A DNA stretch of 64,000 nucleotides from Cetorhinus maximus (Eukaryota): NCBI RefSeq assembly GCF_964194155.1, contig NC_135890.1, positions 119,226,001-119,290,000 on the forward strand, given 5' to 3'. The notes under the pieces are model-generated. The model was not told the DNA's origin. It worked only from the letters and a program-made list of their open reading frames with translations, and did not search any database. Shown here piece after piece: positions 39,631 to 53,224 of this stretch (its first letter is position 1; each line of letters begins with the position of its first letter). The position numbers were made by a program, and so were the translations under genes.

Positions 39631-40993
39631 TCAAGCTGGCACAGGGTGAATTTTGTTGCAGGATACAGGATATAGTTCCTAATCGAGCGTAAACACAAAG
39701 CTCTTGCAGACTGGAAACTTAACTATGCCTCAAGAGAAAAGCATCAATTCTACAGGCATCTCAAGGCAATGGTACAGCATAAAACCCACTACAAAGAACA
39801 AATTGTGGGGAGAAAGTGCACAGGAGATTCAACAACTGATGGACAACAATGACATGCACAGTTTATCAGTGCTATCAAAACCATCTATGGCCCAAGCACT
39901 GAAGAGCCCACCCTACTGAGAGCCAAGCATGGAAGGGAGCTCATCAAGAACAGTGAGGCAGTTGGTGCTCAGGGGAGAGAACATTTTGAAGAACTCCTCA
40001 ACCAAGACCCTGTCTTTGACTTGAATGTCCTGAATTCCATTCCCCATACCCTATCTGGCTCAGCCACAGCGCCACCCCAGCCCAGAGCGAAGTTGAAAAA
40101 GCCATTCGATAGTTGAGGAACAACAAAGTCTCTGGAGCAATGAAACCGCTGCCAAAATTCTGAAACACGGTGAGACACACTCTTGGCATAGCTGCTCAAT
40201 CTCATATCTCTCATCTGGGAAGAGGTGTGCATGCTGGGGAATTGCAGGGACGTTGTGATCATGACTATACTCAAGAAGAGAGGCATGTCTGATTACTGTA
40301 ACAACAGAGGAGTCTCCCTGCTGTTGAAGCATCTGCAATGATGGATGAACTAATGGCACAAATAAAGGTAAATGATTTAATCTAATCGCCATTGCAGAAA
40401 CATGGTTACACGGTGATCAAGATTGGGAAATAAATATTCCAAGGTACACAATATTATGGAAAGACAGGCAGAATGGCAAAGGAAGAGGAGTAGCCTTGTT
40501 GGAAAGGATGATTTAAGGACATTTGAGAGAAAGGATCTGGCCTCAGAAGATCATGAAGTAGAATCAGTATGGGTGGAAATTAGGAAAAGCAAGAGTCAGA
40601 AAACACTTGTGGGAGTAGTTTACAGGCCCCCTAACATTAGTTATACCTTTGGAGAGCAGTAAGCAAGAAATTATTAGGGCTTGTAACAAAGACAATGTAA
40701 TAATTGCGGGGAACTTTCATCTTCATATAGACTGGGACAATCAAATGGCAAGAGTGATCTAGAAGGTGAGTTTGTAGAATATTTTTGTGGCAGTTTCTTG
40801 GAGCAATACATTGTGGAACAATCTAGGGATAAAGCTATTTTAGATCTAGCATTGTGGTAATGAACCAGAGATAATTAGTAGTCATCAAGATCTACTGGGA
40901 AATAGTGATCATACCATTGAATTCCATGTTAAGTTGAAAGTGACACACTCCAATCACAAACAAGAATCTTAAACAAAGCCAATTACATAGGTA

Positions 40994-42571
40994 TGTAGGG
41001 AAATTGATGTTAAATGATTAGTTTTAGTTTAGATCACATAATCAAACTATATTAATCAATTAACCTTATGGTATATTATCCTTTTAAATCGTAACCACTA
41101 GAGAACTTCAGCATTTAATATCATGTGACTCTGCTTAGCCTCATTTGACAGGGAAAGGCACCATGGGATTTTAGGCACAATGAAGTAACCTACTAGTGAG
41201 TCAATTACAGAACAACCGATGAAAGGCCCCTGTTGTACTTATCTCCATATCACAGAGCCGTATTGACTCGCTGCCTTCAAGGCACATCGTAAAACCTTAT
41301 CAAAACCTGGTATTACCAGCAAACAAAAGTTAGGAGGGATTTATTGTATAGAGAGGAGGGTAAGAATAACAACAGCTGTATTCTACATTAAGTTACTTTT
41401 AATTTGTTGTGATTTAAAAGAAAGCAATTTCATTTGGCACAATGTATTCTTTGTATTAGAATTAACTTCTGTAACAGTATGTGACTAGTTTTGTAGTCCT
41501 TTTGTAATTTTTTTGAAATCCTTTTAGACTTTTATCACAAGACTGTGTGTTAACTGAATGTATAAGGAGACTTTACTACCTTACATTTTAAACACTGATT
41601 ATTGCTATCCACTTATATTTCATACACACTATGTATAACTTTTAAGTATCACTGATTTTGTAATATTTTGTATAAGTACTTTGTAATTTTCTGTATCAGG
41701 CCTACATAGTTTCAAGGTTATAATCAACTTTTCCATTCTATCCTTTGTTTTTAAAGTAAAGTAACTAATTTCAATTGCCAACAGCCACAGACAGAGAAAC
41801 ATCACCTACCAAGTGGCCTCTAAAAACAGTCACTGATAAAGGTTCTGATTTAGTGAGGAACCTTCACCGATTAAGCAAAGTTTGAGACGATGAGCTCAAG
41901 GTATCATTCATGAGGGCATGACAGCATACTTCCCCTATCCTAAACAAATGGGCAAAGAAGATATCATAAAACACCCTTTTATCTTAGGAAGAAGTCATTA
42001 GAATAACAGAAACAAACTATAATGAGGAAGATAGTCCTACAAGTAATTGGAATTTTAAGAAACCAGTCAGAGGACAGTGGGAAGTGACATCAATTGATGA
42101 CCATCACCCTTGGGGAGGCAATCACAGATTGATCATGCACCCCTTTAGCCAATTAGAAAATAGCCTTGCCTCATTTAGGCCAATCAGAATGCAATATCAT
42201 TGATCACGCTGTGGGTTGTGGCTTGGAAAGAGTTAATAAGCAGCAGCTTTCACTGACTGAAGCACACGCCAAGTTTGAAATTGAATTTGAAACTGAAGAC
42301 TGCTTGTCAGCTGAAAGCTGTAGACCAGAAGGCTCCAGAGAGAGAGAGAGAGAGAAAACTGAGTGTTTCAAAAGCTGAACCGGGAAGCAAGAATCGTAGT
42401 ATGCCTGTAAAGTCGCTGCCCTGCTGTGATAAGTATTAATTTATAACTTATCAAAGTTTCCTGAGTTACATCACTGAATTGTCTCCTACTGCGTGATGGT
42501 TGAAGTCTCAAAAGAACAAATTAATATTGAGTATGTGGACTCAGAGGTTAAATACCCCCTAAAAACTGAAA
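40994..42571 (+). mobile_element. Long (~1.58 kb) LTR-like insertion within the CR1
   Basis: Flanked by duplicated ggta (extendable to aggtatg at 40989-40995 and 42571-42577). Starts TGTAGG. CCAAT boxes at ~42149 and ~42180; TATA-like ttaataag at ~42233. The 3' end is not CA. Confidence 0.7.
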
Positions 42572-43520
42572 GGTATGAGGGGAGAACTGGATAAGGTGAA
42601 TTGGGTAAATAGGCCAAAAGGTACGGTGGTAAATGAACAATGGCAGACATTTAAAGAAACAATTCAATTGTTCAACAAAAATATATTCCATTGAAAAGCA
42701 AAAACTCAGCAAGAAAAACCTATCCGTGGCTCACTCAGGAAGTAAAGGATAATACTAGATTGGAACAAGAGGCTTACAATCTTACAAAAAAGTAGTATCA
42801 AGTATGAGGATTGGGAGTGTTTTAGAAACCAAAAGGCTACCAGAAAGCTGATAAAAAGGGGAAAGAAAAGTGTGTAAACTAGTCAGAAATATAAATAGAT
42901 TGTAAGAGCTTTCACAAGTATATAAAAAGGAAAATAACAGCCAAAGTAAACATTGGTCCCTTAGAAGCAGAAGCAAGAGAAATTGTCATAGTGAATAAGG
43001 AAATGGCGGAGGCACTGAACAAATATTTTGTGTCTGTCTTCACAGTAGAAGCACAAGTTTCATACAAGAAATTTACAGTGACCTAGGGGCTAAAAAGTGA
43101 GGAAATTAAGGAAATTAATATCAGCAGAGAAAAAGTGTTGGAGAAACTTAAGGATACTAAAACCCAACAAATCCCCAGGACCTAATGGCCTACACCCTAG
43201 GTTCTAAAAGAGATGACTGCAGAGATAGTGGATGTGCTAGGTATGATTTTCCAAAATTCCTTAGATTTGGGAACTGTCACATCAGATTGGAAGTTGGAAA
43301 ATGATTCCCCCTCTTTCTTGAAAAGCAGTGTGAGAAATCAGTGAACCACAAGCCAGTTAGCCATCAGTCGTTGGGTAAATGCTGGAATCTATTATTAAGG
43401 AAGTCTCAACAATGCACTTAGAAAAGCATTGTATGATTAGAACAAGTCAATATGGTTTTACTAAAGGGAAATCCTGTTTGACAAATTTGTTATAGTTTTT
43501 TGAGCATGTAACTAGTAGGA

Positions 43521-43658
43521 AGGTAGTGGCATAGTGGTATTGTCACTGTACTAGTATTCCAGAGACCCAGGGTAATGCTCTGGGGACCCGGGTTTGAATC
43601 CTACCATGGCAGATGGTGAAATTTGAATTCGATTTCAATTAAAAAAAATCTGGAATTG
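43521..43658 (+). mobile_element. tRNA-derived SINE head fragment
   Basis: A-box tggcatagtgg, B-box gggtttgaatcc. Same family as 55009 and 45848. Confidence 0.8.
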
Positions 43659-44864
43659 GTCCCTGGGATGAGGGGGGTTCTCCTGTGATGAGAGGCTGAG
43701 TAAATTAGGCTTATATTTTCTGGAGTTTAGAGGAATGAGAGACTATTTCATCGAAACCTACAAAATTCTGAAGAATTAACAGTCTACTAGCCAGGGAATC
43801 TAAAACACAGGGGCCCAGTCACAGGATAAGGGGCGGATAATTTAGGATGGAGATGAGGAGAAACTACATCACTCAAAGAGTTGTGAATCTTTGGAACTCC
43901 ACCTCAAATCATTGAATACATTTAAGGCTGGAATAGACAGATTTTTGGTCTCTCAGGGAGTTAAGTGTTATGGAGAGCAGACAGGAAAGTAGAGTTAAAA
44001 CCCAAGATCAGCCATGATCCTATTGAATGGCGGAGCAGGCTTGACGAGCCATGTGGTCTACTCCTGCTCCTATTTCTTCCATTCTTGTGTTCTTTTGTTC
44101 TGTCTGCCACAGGGAAGATCATTCCAAGGATCCTCCTCAATTGCCTCCTCCCAGAGACCAAAGAGATCCTTCAAGAGTCACAATGCGATTTTTGCCCATT
44201 GAGAGGCACCATGGACTTCACTGCATGGTGAATCCAAGAAAAGTGCAAAGAACAGCACCAACTACTGTAAATGACCTTTCTCGATCTCACAAAAGCCTTT
44301 GACTCTGTCAACCATGAAGGCTTATGGAGTATTCTCAAATTTGGCTGCACTCTGAAATTTGTCGCCATCCTCCACCTACTCTATGATGACATGCAAGCAG
44401 TGGTCTTCACCAACGGGACCACCACAGACCCTATCGCAGTGAAGACTGGGGTCACACAAGGCTGTCACTGCACCAACACTCTTCTCCATTTTCCTCACTG
44501 CAATACTGCACCTCACCTCCAGCAAATCACCCACAGGCCTGGAGATAATTTACAGTAGAAAGAGGAAACTGTTCAATCTATACCACCTTCAATCCAAACC
44601 AAAACCACTCCAACTTCAGTCATTCAACTCACAATATGCAGACGACACTAGTATGCATGCTCACTCAGAAACTGAGTTCCAGGTCATTGTCAACGCCTTA
44701 TCCGAAGCATATGAGAAAACGGGCCTTTCACTAAACACCTGGAAAACTAACATCCTCCTTGAACCGGCTCCCACAGCACAACACCTGCCCCCCTCATCAA
44801 TTAAGATTAATGGTGACATTCTGGAAAACGTGGACCATTTCGATGAAGGCAGGCATAAGCAATG

Positions 44865-45650
44865 TGTTATCTACATTATGGTATGAATGCTGAACCTTAC
44901 AAGGCGAATGTGTTTAAAATGTCCGATTTAAGGTAAAACCAAAAGTCCAGAAAAGCAGGATGGTGAATTCCTGATAAACACCTCAGTTTATGGAAGTGCC
45001 CATGTGATTTCAGGTTGCCATGGGGAGAGAAACTCAAATAGAAACCCACTGACCAATTTTAATTCACAGTAGCACATAGAACAGAAGAGAAGCTGCTGCT
45101 GAGACGTAGGGACAAAGACTGCTCCTGTGGAAAAGGAGGGAAAACTGTTTCTGTTAAAGACCAAGCAGGAAAATTTTAAAGGGTTCAGTTTCTGTTCAAA
45201 AGAAAGGGAACATAACAAAAGGAGATCTTAAAGATTTAAGGAATGGGGAGTTGTTGAGTTCTGCCTTGCTCGTGAGAATCGGATCCAGAAAACTCAAGAA
45301 GTGGAACAATTGTCGAAGGACACTGGAAATTTCAACCTGGTGTGGCAGGAAGAGGTAAACATCCATTGGAGAGCTGGGAGTGACTCCGAGACTGTTCCTT
45401 TAATGCTACAATATCTGCCAGAAGCATGGCATGAAGTAAAAGTATTTCGTAAGTCAATGCAAAATTTACATTTTCCTTAGTTTGATGTATCTGTTGCCTG
45501 TTAATTATTGTTTGGTCTGTCTTGATTTTAGTTTATTTGTTAAGGTAAAAGTCTTAAAAAGTTAAATCTTGTCTATTGGTTTCTTTTCATTGGTGTCATA
45601 GGGATTCATTTTTTTAAAGAAAGTTATCAGTCTCTACGGGGATTGTAACA
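44865..45650 (+). mobile_element. Solo LTR-like element (~786 bp)
   Basis: TGTTAT...GTAACA termini and structure like the other solo LTRs. TSD not preserved. Confidence 0.6.
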
Positions 45651-45847
45651 ATTTTAACAGTGACCAGACTTCCAAAGTACTTCACTAGCTGTAAAGCAGT
45701 TTCAAACATCCTGAGGTCATGAAAGGTTCAAAAGAGACACAAGTCCTTCTTCTCTTCCTTTGGAATTCTTCCATACAAAGAACACATAACTCCTGTATAT
45801 TTATTTTCTCCTATATCATTGTCTAGAGCCACAAACAATTTTAAAAA

Positions 45848-46216
45848 ATTTATTTCGTGGGATGTAGGAATCACTGGCAAGGCCAGCATCTGTTGCCCAT
45901 CCCTAATTGCCCTTCAACTGAGTGGCTTGCCACACCATTTCAGAGGGCAGTTAAGAGTCAACAACAAAGCTGTGGCTCTGGAGTAGCATGTAGGCCAAAT
46001 CAGCAAAGGATGGTAGATTTCCTTCCCTGAAGGGCATTAGTGAACCAGATGGGTTTTCACAACAATCAACAATGGCTTCATGGTCACCGTTACTGAGACT
46101 AACTTTTCAATTTCAGATTATTAATTGAATTTAAATTCCACCAGCTGCCATGTTAGGATTTGAACTCTTGCCCCCAGAACATTAGCCTGCACCTCTGGAT
46201 TATGCCACCTTCTCCC
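45848..46216 (-). mobile_element. tRNA-derived SINE with a tail from the 26-30 kb LINE family
   Basis: Minus strand: B-box gagttcaaatcc; body catctggttcactaatgcccttcagggaagg...gactcttaactgccctctgaaatgg...gcaagccactcagtt; tail aagggcaattagggatgggcaac. Confidence 0.85.
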
Positions 46217-47959
46217 TATTTCATTCCATCAGAGTCAACATTGATGTGCACTTTATTTAATCTAGTGTGCCATATTTGTTGCTCATGATGCAGTTTCCTC
46301 CACAATAGGGAACCAAATGCAGATTAGGTGATGACATCATTGAACACCCTCCTCTATTCACAAGCATGAACCATTCCTTCCTGTGGCCTGCCAACTTATG
46401 GTCAGCCCATTCCCACTATGACCTTTCCATCTTTGTTCTCCTACAGCGTTCGAATGGCCCCAATATTAACAGGAAGGTGGGAAGGGTATTGGGGGAGCCC
46501 GAGAGTGGATGAAGAAGCCGGCAAAGCCGGGGATGTGGAGGCTTGTCAATCTTAATTATTTTACTGAGGTCCTGCCATTGTGTGCAGCCTGACACCCAGC
46601 TGAGAGTAGGAATTTAATGACAAGCTGAAGCTGGGGATCCATGGAAACAGTCCCCAGCAGCCAGAGGGGGAGTGAGAATTGGATGACTCTGCCCCCACCT
46701 CCCCCGACACCGTGGCAAGGTTAAAAATATCTCACAGCACCAATGAAATTGTTGAGCCATGATTCCTAAATCTTAAGTAAGCTCCTGTGCTTTTAGCAAA
46801 AGCCTCATCCAAGGCCTGAATCAGCATCGTAAATATAATGGCAACTGGGAATGCATCCAGTTGATGGTTACGTGATCCGAATATTTTAACCCCTGATCCT
46901 CTCCCTTTTGACGGGTGTTGGGGGTGGGTTAAAACTGAGGCCAAAGAAGCTCAAAAAGAGTATCCCATTTTTCTGCAAATGTTTGGCTTGAAGACAGAAA
47001 TAAGTACTTCAGACTGTGGCTATATCCTTTATTTTCATCACAGCAGTGAGTGTTCTGGTATGGGAGACTTTTTGCCAGTGCTTTAGGGGAGGGTGAAGAC
47101 TTGTTCACTCTTGGGTTGGAGACTATTTTATCAGAGAGCAGGTGTTGACAAGGATCTGAGTCTGTGGTATGGACCAGTGCTTTGCGTTGTCTTGTGGCTG
47201 TAAAATCCATCAGTCTTGCTTGAATTTTGTGATTTAATTTCATGTCACTGCATTATCCAACTATAATGTAACTGCTTGTTATTAAGCAGTGTGCAGATCT
47301 TTCAACCTACCTCTTTTCTATAATTGTTAGTTCTCTGTCCTTTTCTCTCTTCACTTTTGCTACTTTAAAATGTCTGTCTATGTTTCAGTCTCTGTTTCTA
47401 ATGGAGAGTACACACCCAAACATCCTAACCCACTTTTGCTCTCTACAGATTCTGATTAAACTGCGGTGCATTTCTGGCCTTTTCTGCTTTTATTAAAGCA
47501 AGTTAATAATATTAAAAAAATACTGAAGTTTGAATTAGATCTATACTTTGTTAGGAACTAAGTACAGTTAACAGACTCCCTGCAGAAGACTATTCAGTGA
47601 CTCAGTTACATGAGCAGAGTCAACCAACTAGAGATAACATAAGGTGGTAACTAAAAAAAAATTAAAATTAATAATTAACTGTATCACAGATGCATGATAC
47701 TCAGGTATGACAGATTGGGAATTTCAGAGCTAATGTGGTGTAAAAATCATGGCTCAGGAAATAAGTGTGAAATCTATTTTGTGTTCGGTGTACAAACTGT
47801 ATGCCAAAATCAGAGCTTTAAATGTACTATAGGTGGATATTGATAATGGAAATATTGAATAGCTTTCTAGTAACAACTGTCTTTTATGCTTCATGAACAT
47901 AGTACATTGCCACTGGTGCAACATCTCCACACTATAGATTCAAAGTAATTCAAAAATAT

Positions 47960-50265
47960 AGGAAATGAGAAACATCGGAGCAATAGAAAGGATAATGCCA
48001 CAGGTAACAATAGAGACATCATAGAAATATTAAATAATTATTTTGCTTCTGTTTTTACCAGGAAGGTAGAACAGGTAGGCAGGACATCGAATGATGAGAA
48101 GAGCGATGTGGTAGGCGCATTTAAAGTAAAAAAAAAACAAGGGGAGCATTGAATAAACTAAATCAGCTCAAAGAGAATAAAGCTCCTGGTCAAGATAGAT
48201 TGCACCCATGTATTTTAAAATAATCTAGGGGAGAGAGCGCAGAGCTAATGGGCTGAATTTTGCCGTCGGCGAGCAGGGGGCAGGGCCTGCTCACCGACAC
48301 AGGATGACGTTGGGGGTTCCCTCCAACGTCACTGCGACCCATTTAAATTTTCAGGAAGGCAGGGGCACAGCGAAATCAGCTGTGCGCCTGCCGACCTGTC
48401 AATGGCCAATTGAGGGCATTGACAGGATAATTAAAACAATTAAAGGACCTGCCCGTCCAACCTTAAGGTTGGTGGGCAGGCCAGGAGCCCCGGTGGGCTT
48501 CTGAAAAAACATGAAACCTCATCCACCGACAAAATGAGGTTTCATGTCGGGTTTAAAAAACTTTAATAAAGTTTTAGTGAAGTTTATTGACATGTCCCAT
48601 CTCGTGTGACATTGTCACATGAGGGGGACATGTTAAAGATTTTTTTATTTTTCTATTTTTAATGTTTGTACAACTTTCAGCGAATTCCCTGAGGCAGCAT
48701 TTAGCCTCAGGGACATGTGCGCTCTTTCGTACGCATGCGTGAAAGAGCGCACTCTCGCATTTGGGAAATCCCCCTCCCCACCCACACAGGAAGTGCATAG
48801 CGCTTCCCGCCGGGCGGGCCTTAATTGGCCCGCCCACTTAAAATGGCGGCGGGGTTCGGCTTCCCGCCCGTCGGAGATTGGGTCGGGCCCGCCCGCCCGG
48901 TAGGCAGAAAACTCTGCCCAATGTTACTCATATTTAATAATTTGTTAGAAAAAGGTATAGTTCCAGAGGACCACTAATGTGATTCTTATATTTAAGAAGG
49001 GGGAACAGAACATGCCCAGGGAATTATTGACCAGTCATCTTAACCTCAGTGGTAAGAAAAATACTAAAGGCTAGAATAGAAGAACATCTAGAAATGAGAA
49101 ATAGAGCAATGAATAATCAGCATGGATTTCAAAAGGAAAAATCCTGCTTGACAAATTTTATTGATTTTTTTGAGGACAAACCAGAGAGAGCAGACAATGG
49201 TAGTGTAGAAGATGCTATTTATCTGGATTTTTGTGCCCCATAATAGACAAATTGATAAGGTCAGAGACTGGAGTCAGAGGACAAGTGGCAGAATAGGTCA
49301 CTAGCTGGTTTCAAGACAAAGCAGAAAGTGGGAGTAAAGGATAGCTATTCAGAGTGGCTGAAGGTGGGAAGCGGTGTTCCACAAGAATCAGTGCTGGGAC
49401 CACTGTTGTTCACAATTTACATTAACAATTTGAACATTGGAATCAAAAATTTGGGAATGACACAAAATTGGTAGGATAGTCAATATTGAGGAAGACTGCA
49501 ACAAGTTACAGGAGGACATGAAAAAACTTGTAAAATGGGCAAATAATTGGCAATTGAAGTTCAACACATAAATATGAGGTAGTACATTTTGGTAGGAAAA
49601 TAGGGAGCAAGTCTAGGTGGAGGAGAGGAACAAATGGATTTTGGAGTAAAAATACATCAACCATTAAAAGTTAGCAAGGCCATAAGAAAAGCAAACCAAG
49701 CACTACACTTCAATTCTCTCCCTCTAGAAATAAAAAGTAGGGAAATTTTGACCACGTTGAGCACTGCATGTAGTTCTGGTCAGCATATTAGAAAAAGGAT
49801 ATACAATAGGCGCACTAGAGAGGGTGCAGAGAAGATTCACAAGGATAATACCAGGGTTGCGTGGATATACATATCAGGAAATGATTGAGGTTACCCAACA
49901 GAGGTCTTTAAAATTATAACAAAACCTTTTCAGAGTGGATACAGGAGAGAATGCTTCCTTGTGGGGAAGAGCATATCAATATAAGATGGTCACCAAGAAA
50001 TCCAATTGGCAATTCATCAGGAACATCTTTACCCAAAGACTGGTAAGACTGTGGAACTCACAACCACAGGGAGTAGTTGAACAAATAGAATAGATCTATT
50101 GAATTGGAAGCTGAACAAGCATTTAAGGGAGAAGGGAATAGAAGGTTACGATAGTAGATTTAGATGAGAAAAGATGGGAGGGGGCTCAAGGGGAGCATAA
50201 ACACCACCATGAACTGGTTGGGCAAATGGCCTGTTTGTGTCAAATGTCCTATGTAATCCTATGTA
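47960..50265 (+). mobile_element. Degenerate CR1 LINE (RT to tail), split by a MITE
   Basis: LNNYFASVF, NQHGFQKEKSCLTNF, AIYLDF, GVPQESVLGPLLF; tail tcctatgtaatcctatgt. Confidence 0.85.
48250..48919. mobile_element. PIF/Harbinger-type MITE, 670 bp, TSD AAT
   Basis: TIRs GGGCTGAATTTT and AAAACTCTGCCC. aat at 48247-48249 and 48920-48922. CpG-rich, with internal palindromes at ~48509-48548 and ~48589-48633. Confidence 0.85.
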
Positions 50266-50494
50266 GACTTGCATATGTCCAGTGTCCTCAAATTGAAAAG
50301 CCATCCCATCAGGAAAATGTTAGGAGTAGCACTTATGAAAAGTTGCATAATTGAAAATCAATTTACATATATTGAACAGTATTATTCTAATAAAACCGGT
50401 TTAACATCTTCTAAAGAACCAGAACATATAGTACTCCTTTAAAAAAAAAATATCCCTTATGGGCCTTATTTTACTTTCAGTCTTTACTTGTCAT

Positions 50495-50695
50495 CCAAAC
50501 CCACAACCACTACCATCTAGAAGGACAAGGGCAGCAAATACATGGGAACACCACCACCTGGAAGTCCCCCTCCAAGGCATCCACCATCCTGACTTGGAAA
50601 CATATCGCCATTCCTTCACTGTCGCTGGGTCAAAATCCTGGAACTTCCTCCCTAACAGCACTGTGGGTATACCTACACCACTTGGACTGCATGGA
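50495..50695 (+). mobile_element. 3'-region fragment of the 26-30 kb LINE family
   Basis: Co-linear with 29038-29114 plus 30045-30165, without the LTR. Confidence 0.85.
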
Positions 50696-53224
50696 AGGTG
50701 GGAATTGGATAACAATCATGAATAGGAATAGAGCCACGGGAGAAAAGTTCAATTTTAGTTACCCCACCTCAACACTGGAGGAGTTCAGTTAACGCAACAT
50801 TCACGGGTTCAAACCTTGGCTCCTTTTTCTGTGTGCTTCAGAACCACATTTACCCACTGAGCTACTATGGGAAGCTAGGAAGGGTATGTTTTTAAAGCAA
50901 AATAAAATGATCATTTAGAATGAGATGATCTGACCTACATTACATAGATGTCAGGATGCCACGGACTAATACAATACAGGTTTGCTTCCTTACCCATCTA
51001 AGTTTACAATCATCATTGTCATACTGCCTTAGAGACGAGGCTAGCAGAGATGAGGTTTCTTTGATCTAGGGTCTAAGAGGCAGCAGTAACCAGAGCATTG
51101 TTGTGACTTCAAGCAGCTCTGTTGAAAGGTACTACTGATAACATACTACCTTCTTGCCTTATCACAGGAAGTGATAGACTGAAAAAATTAAAAGGGTTCA
51201 AAAATGAAAGGATTCTGACCAGCATAGAGGAGAGAATTGATCTGGTTGTCAATTCCATCCATGGATTTATGTTTCCATTATAATGTCATTGATGAGACCC
51301 TGCAAGCCTACATGGAGATACTGTATCAATTTTACCTAAACGCACATAAAAGTGCACACATAATCAAAAAGAAAAAAGGCCTTCATTTACATGCTACATA
51401 TTATTTGCCAGCAGGTTACAAGTTAAGGGATTACTTAGATATTTTCAAGTGCTTCAAACTAGTCACTTTTGCAAACAGTCTTAACATATTATGCTTAATT
51501 GTGTACTGTTAATGAAGAAGAAGAATGATAGAAATTCCCAAAACATGACTAAGCATCGCTACATGGGAATGTCACTGCAAAGTTTATCAAAACACACATA
51601 CATGCAACCATACAAAAAAGTCATAACAGGCCTTCCTGCTTCGCATGTCACACACCACTTCCTATTGGCAGCCCAGGTTGTCCCAATCTCCATTAATATG
51701 AGTCACCAATAGTTCAATGGAAAGTGTGGAAAAGCCATCCTGTTCACTTTGTCCATTAACTTTCCCTCATTTTGGGAAATGCCTGGTACTCACTCCAAAA
51801 CAGCCTGGTGTGGGGATCACAGGTGCCAACCTGCATCTTACTTAACTTCAACTTAGTGCCTAACAGCACCAACACATTACTTCAGCATTATGTGCTCATC
51901 CGAGTTACTTGCCATTGTCCAATAACCCTGCCATCTCCTTTTTTGCCTTCACCCAAAAATATACTCGATTCTCAAAGAGAATAGACAAAATAATTGTTGT
52001 AAAAATCCAACGGGTGATGTTCAGGTGGTAAGTTGGGCTTGATTCTAATTACCAAGCACAAGGTGGCATATTGCCTTCAGTTTTAATGAAGTACACCAAT
52101 CGAGGTCTGATTAGGATTAGGCTCTAGCCACATTTACTCAACTTTTGATCTGTGTAGCATATTCTTGTGTGTACCCTAACTTTGGTTTAGTATGAATATG
52201 GAACTAGAACATTTCACCACTCTGACTGGCCATCATAAAATGCACTGAATATTTTAGAAGTCCTTTTTTTGTATGTTTGTGATGGAGCAGAGGTGAAGAG
52301 GAAAATTTACTTGCTGTGTGTGTTTAGTCCATTTAACTTGCATAATCACATACTGTCAAGTGTACCAACTGGGCATAACTTGATGTGAGGTCCTGCACGC
52401 CAAAACAACTTCCAAGTATTTGGCAACTGTCCTGCACCACACACTGTCAGACTTTGAATTTCTTATGAACACAAAGCAGCATTAAAGCTTTTTGGCACAA
52501 AGGACCAAATGGTTTTGCTTACCAAAGACACAATTGTAACAACAATCAAGTAGGCATTATAAAACTCAGGAAGCAAGCATGATTCACTGATTACTGGTAT
52601 ATTTTCAAAAAACCTTCCTGAAGATGTCCTCAACTATATCAAGTTACTCAAAAAGTATGCCAAAATTCACTCCTTCATTCTAAAGCAATAGTCCATTACT
52701 ACGGATGCAAAAAAATGGCTATGCCAAAAAGCAATCATCTTCTCACTTGTTTTTCACTGCAGCATTGTATGTTATCTTGAAAGGTCAAATGTCAAGGAAC
52801 AATCAAGTACACAGCAAAGGATAATTCATGTATGTCTATGCTGCATATTTCATTTCTACAACTGAACTTCACAGTAAAAATATAAACCAGAATCTGGCCC
52901 AATTTCTTATTGGGTTAATGCATCAGCGTACAACTGAGCTATAGAGACTGTGCCAAAATTCAAAGGTGTCTTAACTTTGATCTTTGGTTCGTGCCAAGTT
53001 AAGATCACAGCAGTTGGAGCACCTTAACTGACTTAGATTCTCTGCAGTTTTTTTTGGGTGGCAGGGCCGGGGGGCGGGGGGGCTCAAAGCAAACAAATGA
53101 TCATTTCAAATGACATTTGTGGTTCGCTGAAAACAAGTGGGCTTGCTTTTATATTATAGAAATGCAGCTAATGGGAGACTAGCCAAGATATTCCAATTCA
53201 GCTATGACACCAGCATCTACACAA

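Larger units (their letters stand above)
40325..44099 (+). mobile_element. CR1 LINE (ORF2 from endonuclease start to tail, internally deleted) inserted in the RTE
   Basis: IAIAETWL, VESVWVEI, VGVVYRPP, GKSCLTNL; tail ctcctatttcttccattcttgtgttctt. Short duplication ctgt at the junctions. Confidence 0.88.
39631..44864 (+). mobile_element. RTE-clade LINE, inverted 5' segment (39631-40324 and 44100-44864)
   Basis: AQEIQQLMDNNDMH; RGVSLL|SATGKIIPRILLNCLL; ESQCDF; FLDLTKAFDSVNH; KTGVTQGC; QYADD; ENVDHF. Confidence 0.85.
38704..45740 (+). mobile_element. Deu-domain-type SINE split into 38704-38915 and 45655-45740 by a ~6.7-kb nested insertion
   Basis: Left part ends ...gcttgctgtgtgcaaactggctg. Right part resumes aacagtgaccagacttccaaagtacttcactagctgtaaagc. 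Confidence 0.75.

Noticed and set aside
43521-43610. Functional tRNA gene
   Set aside because: The A and B boxes run directly into the SINE body, and there is no intact cloverleaf.
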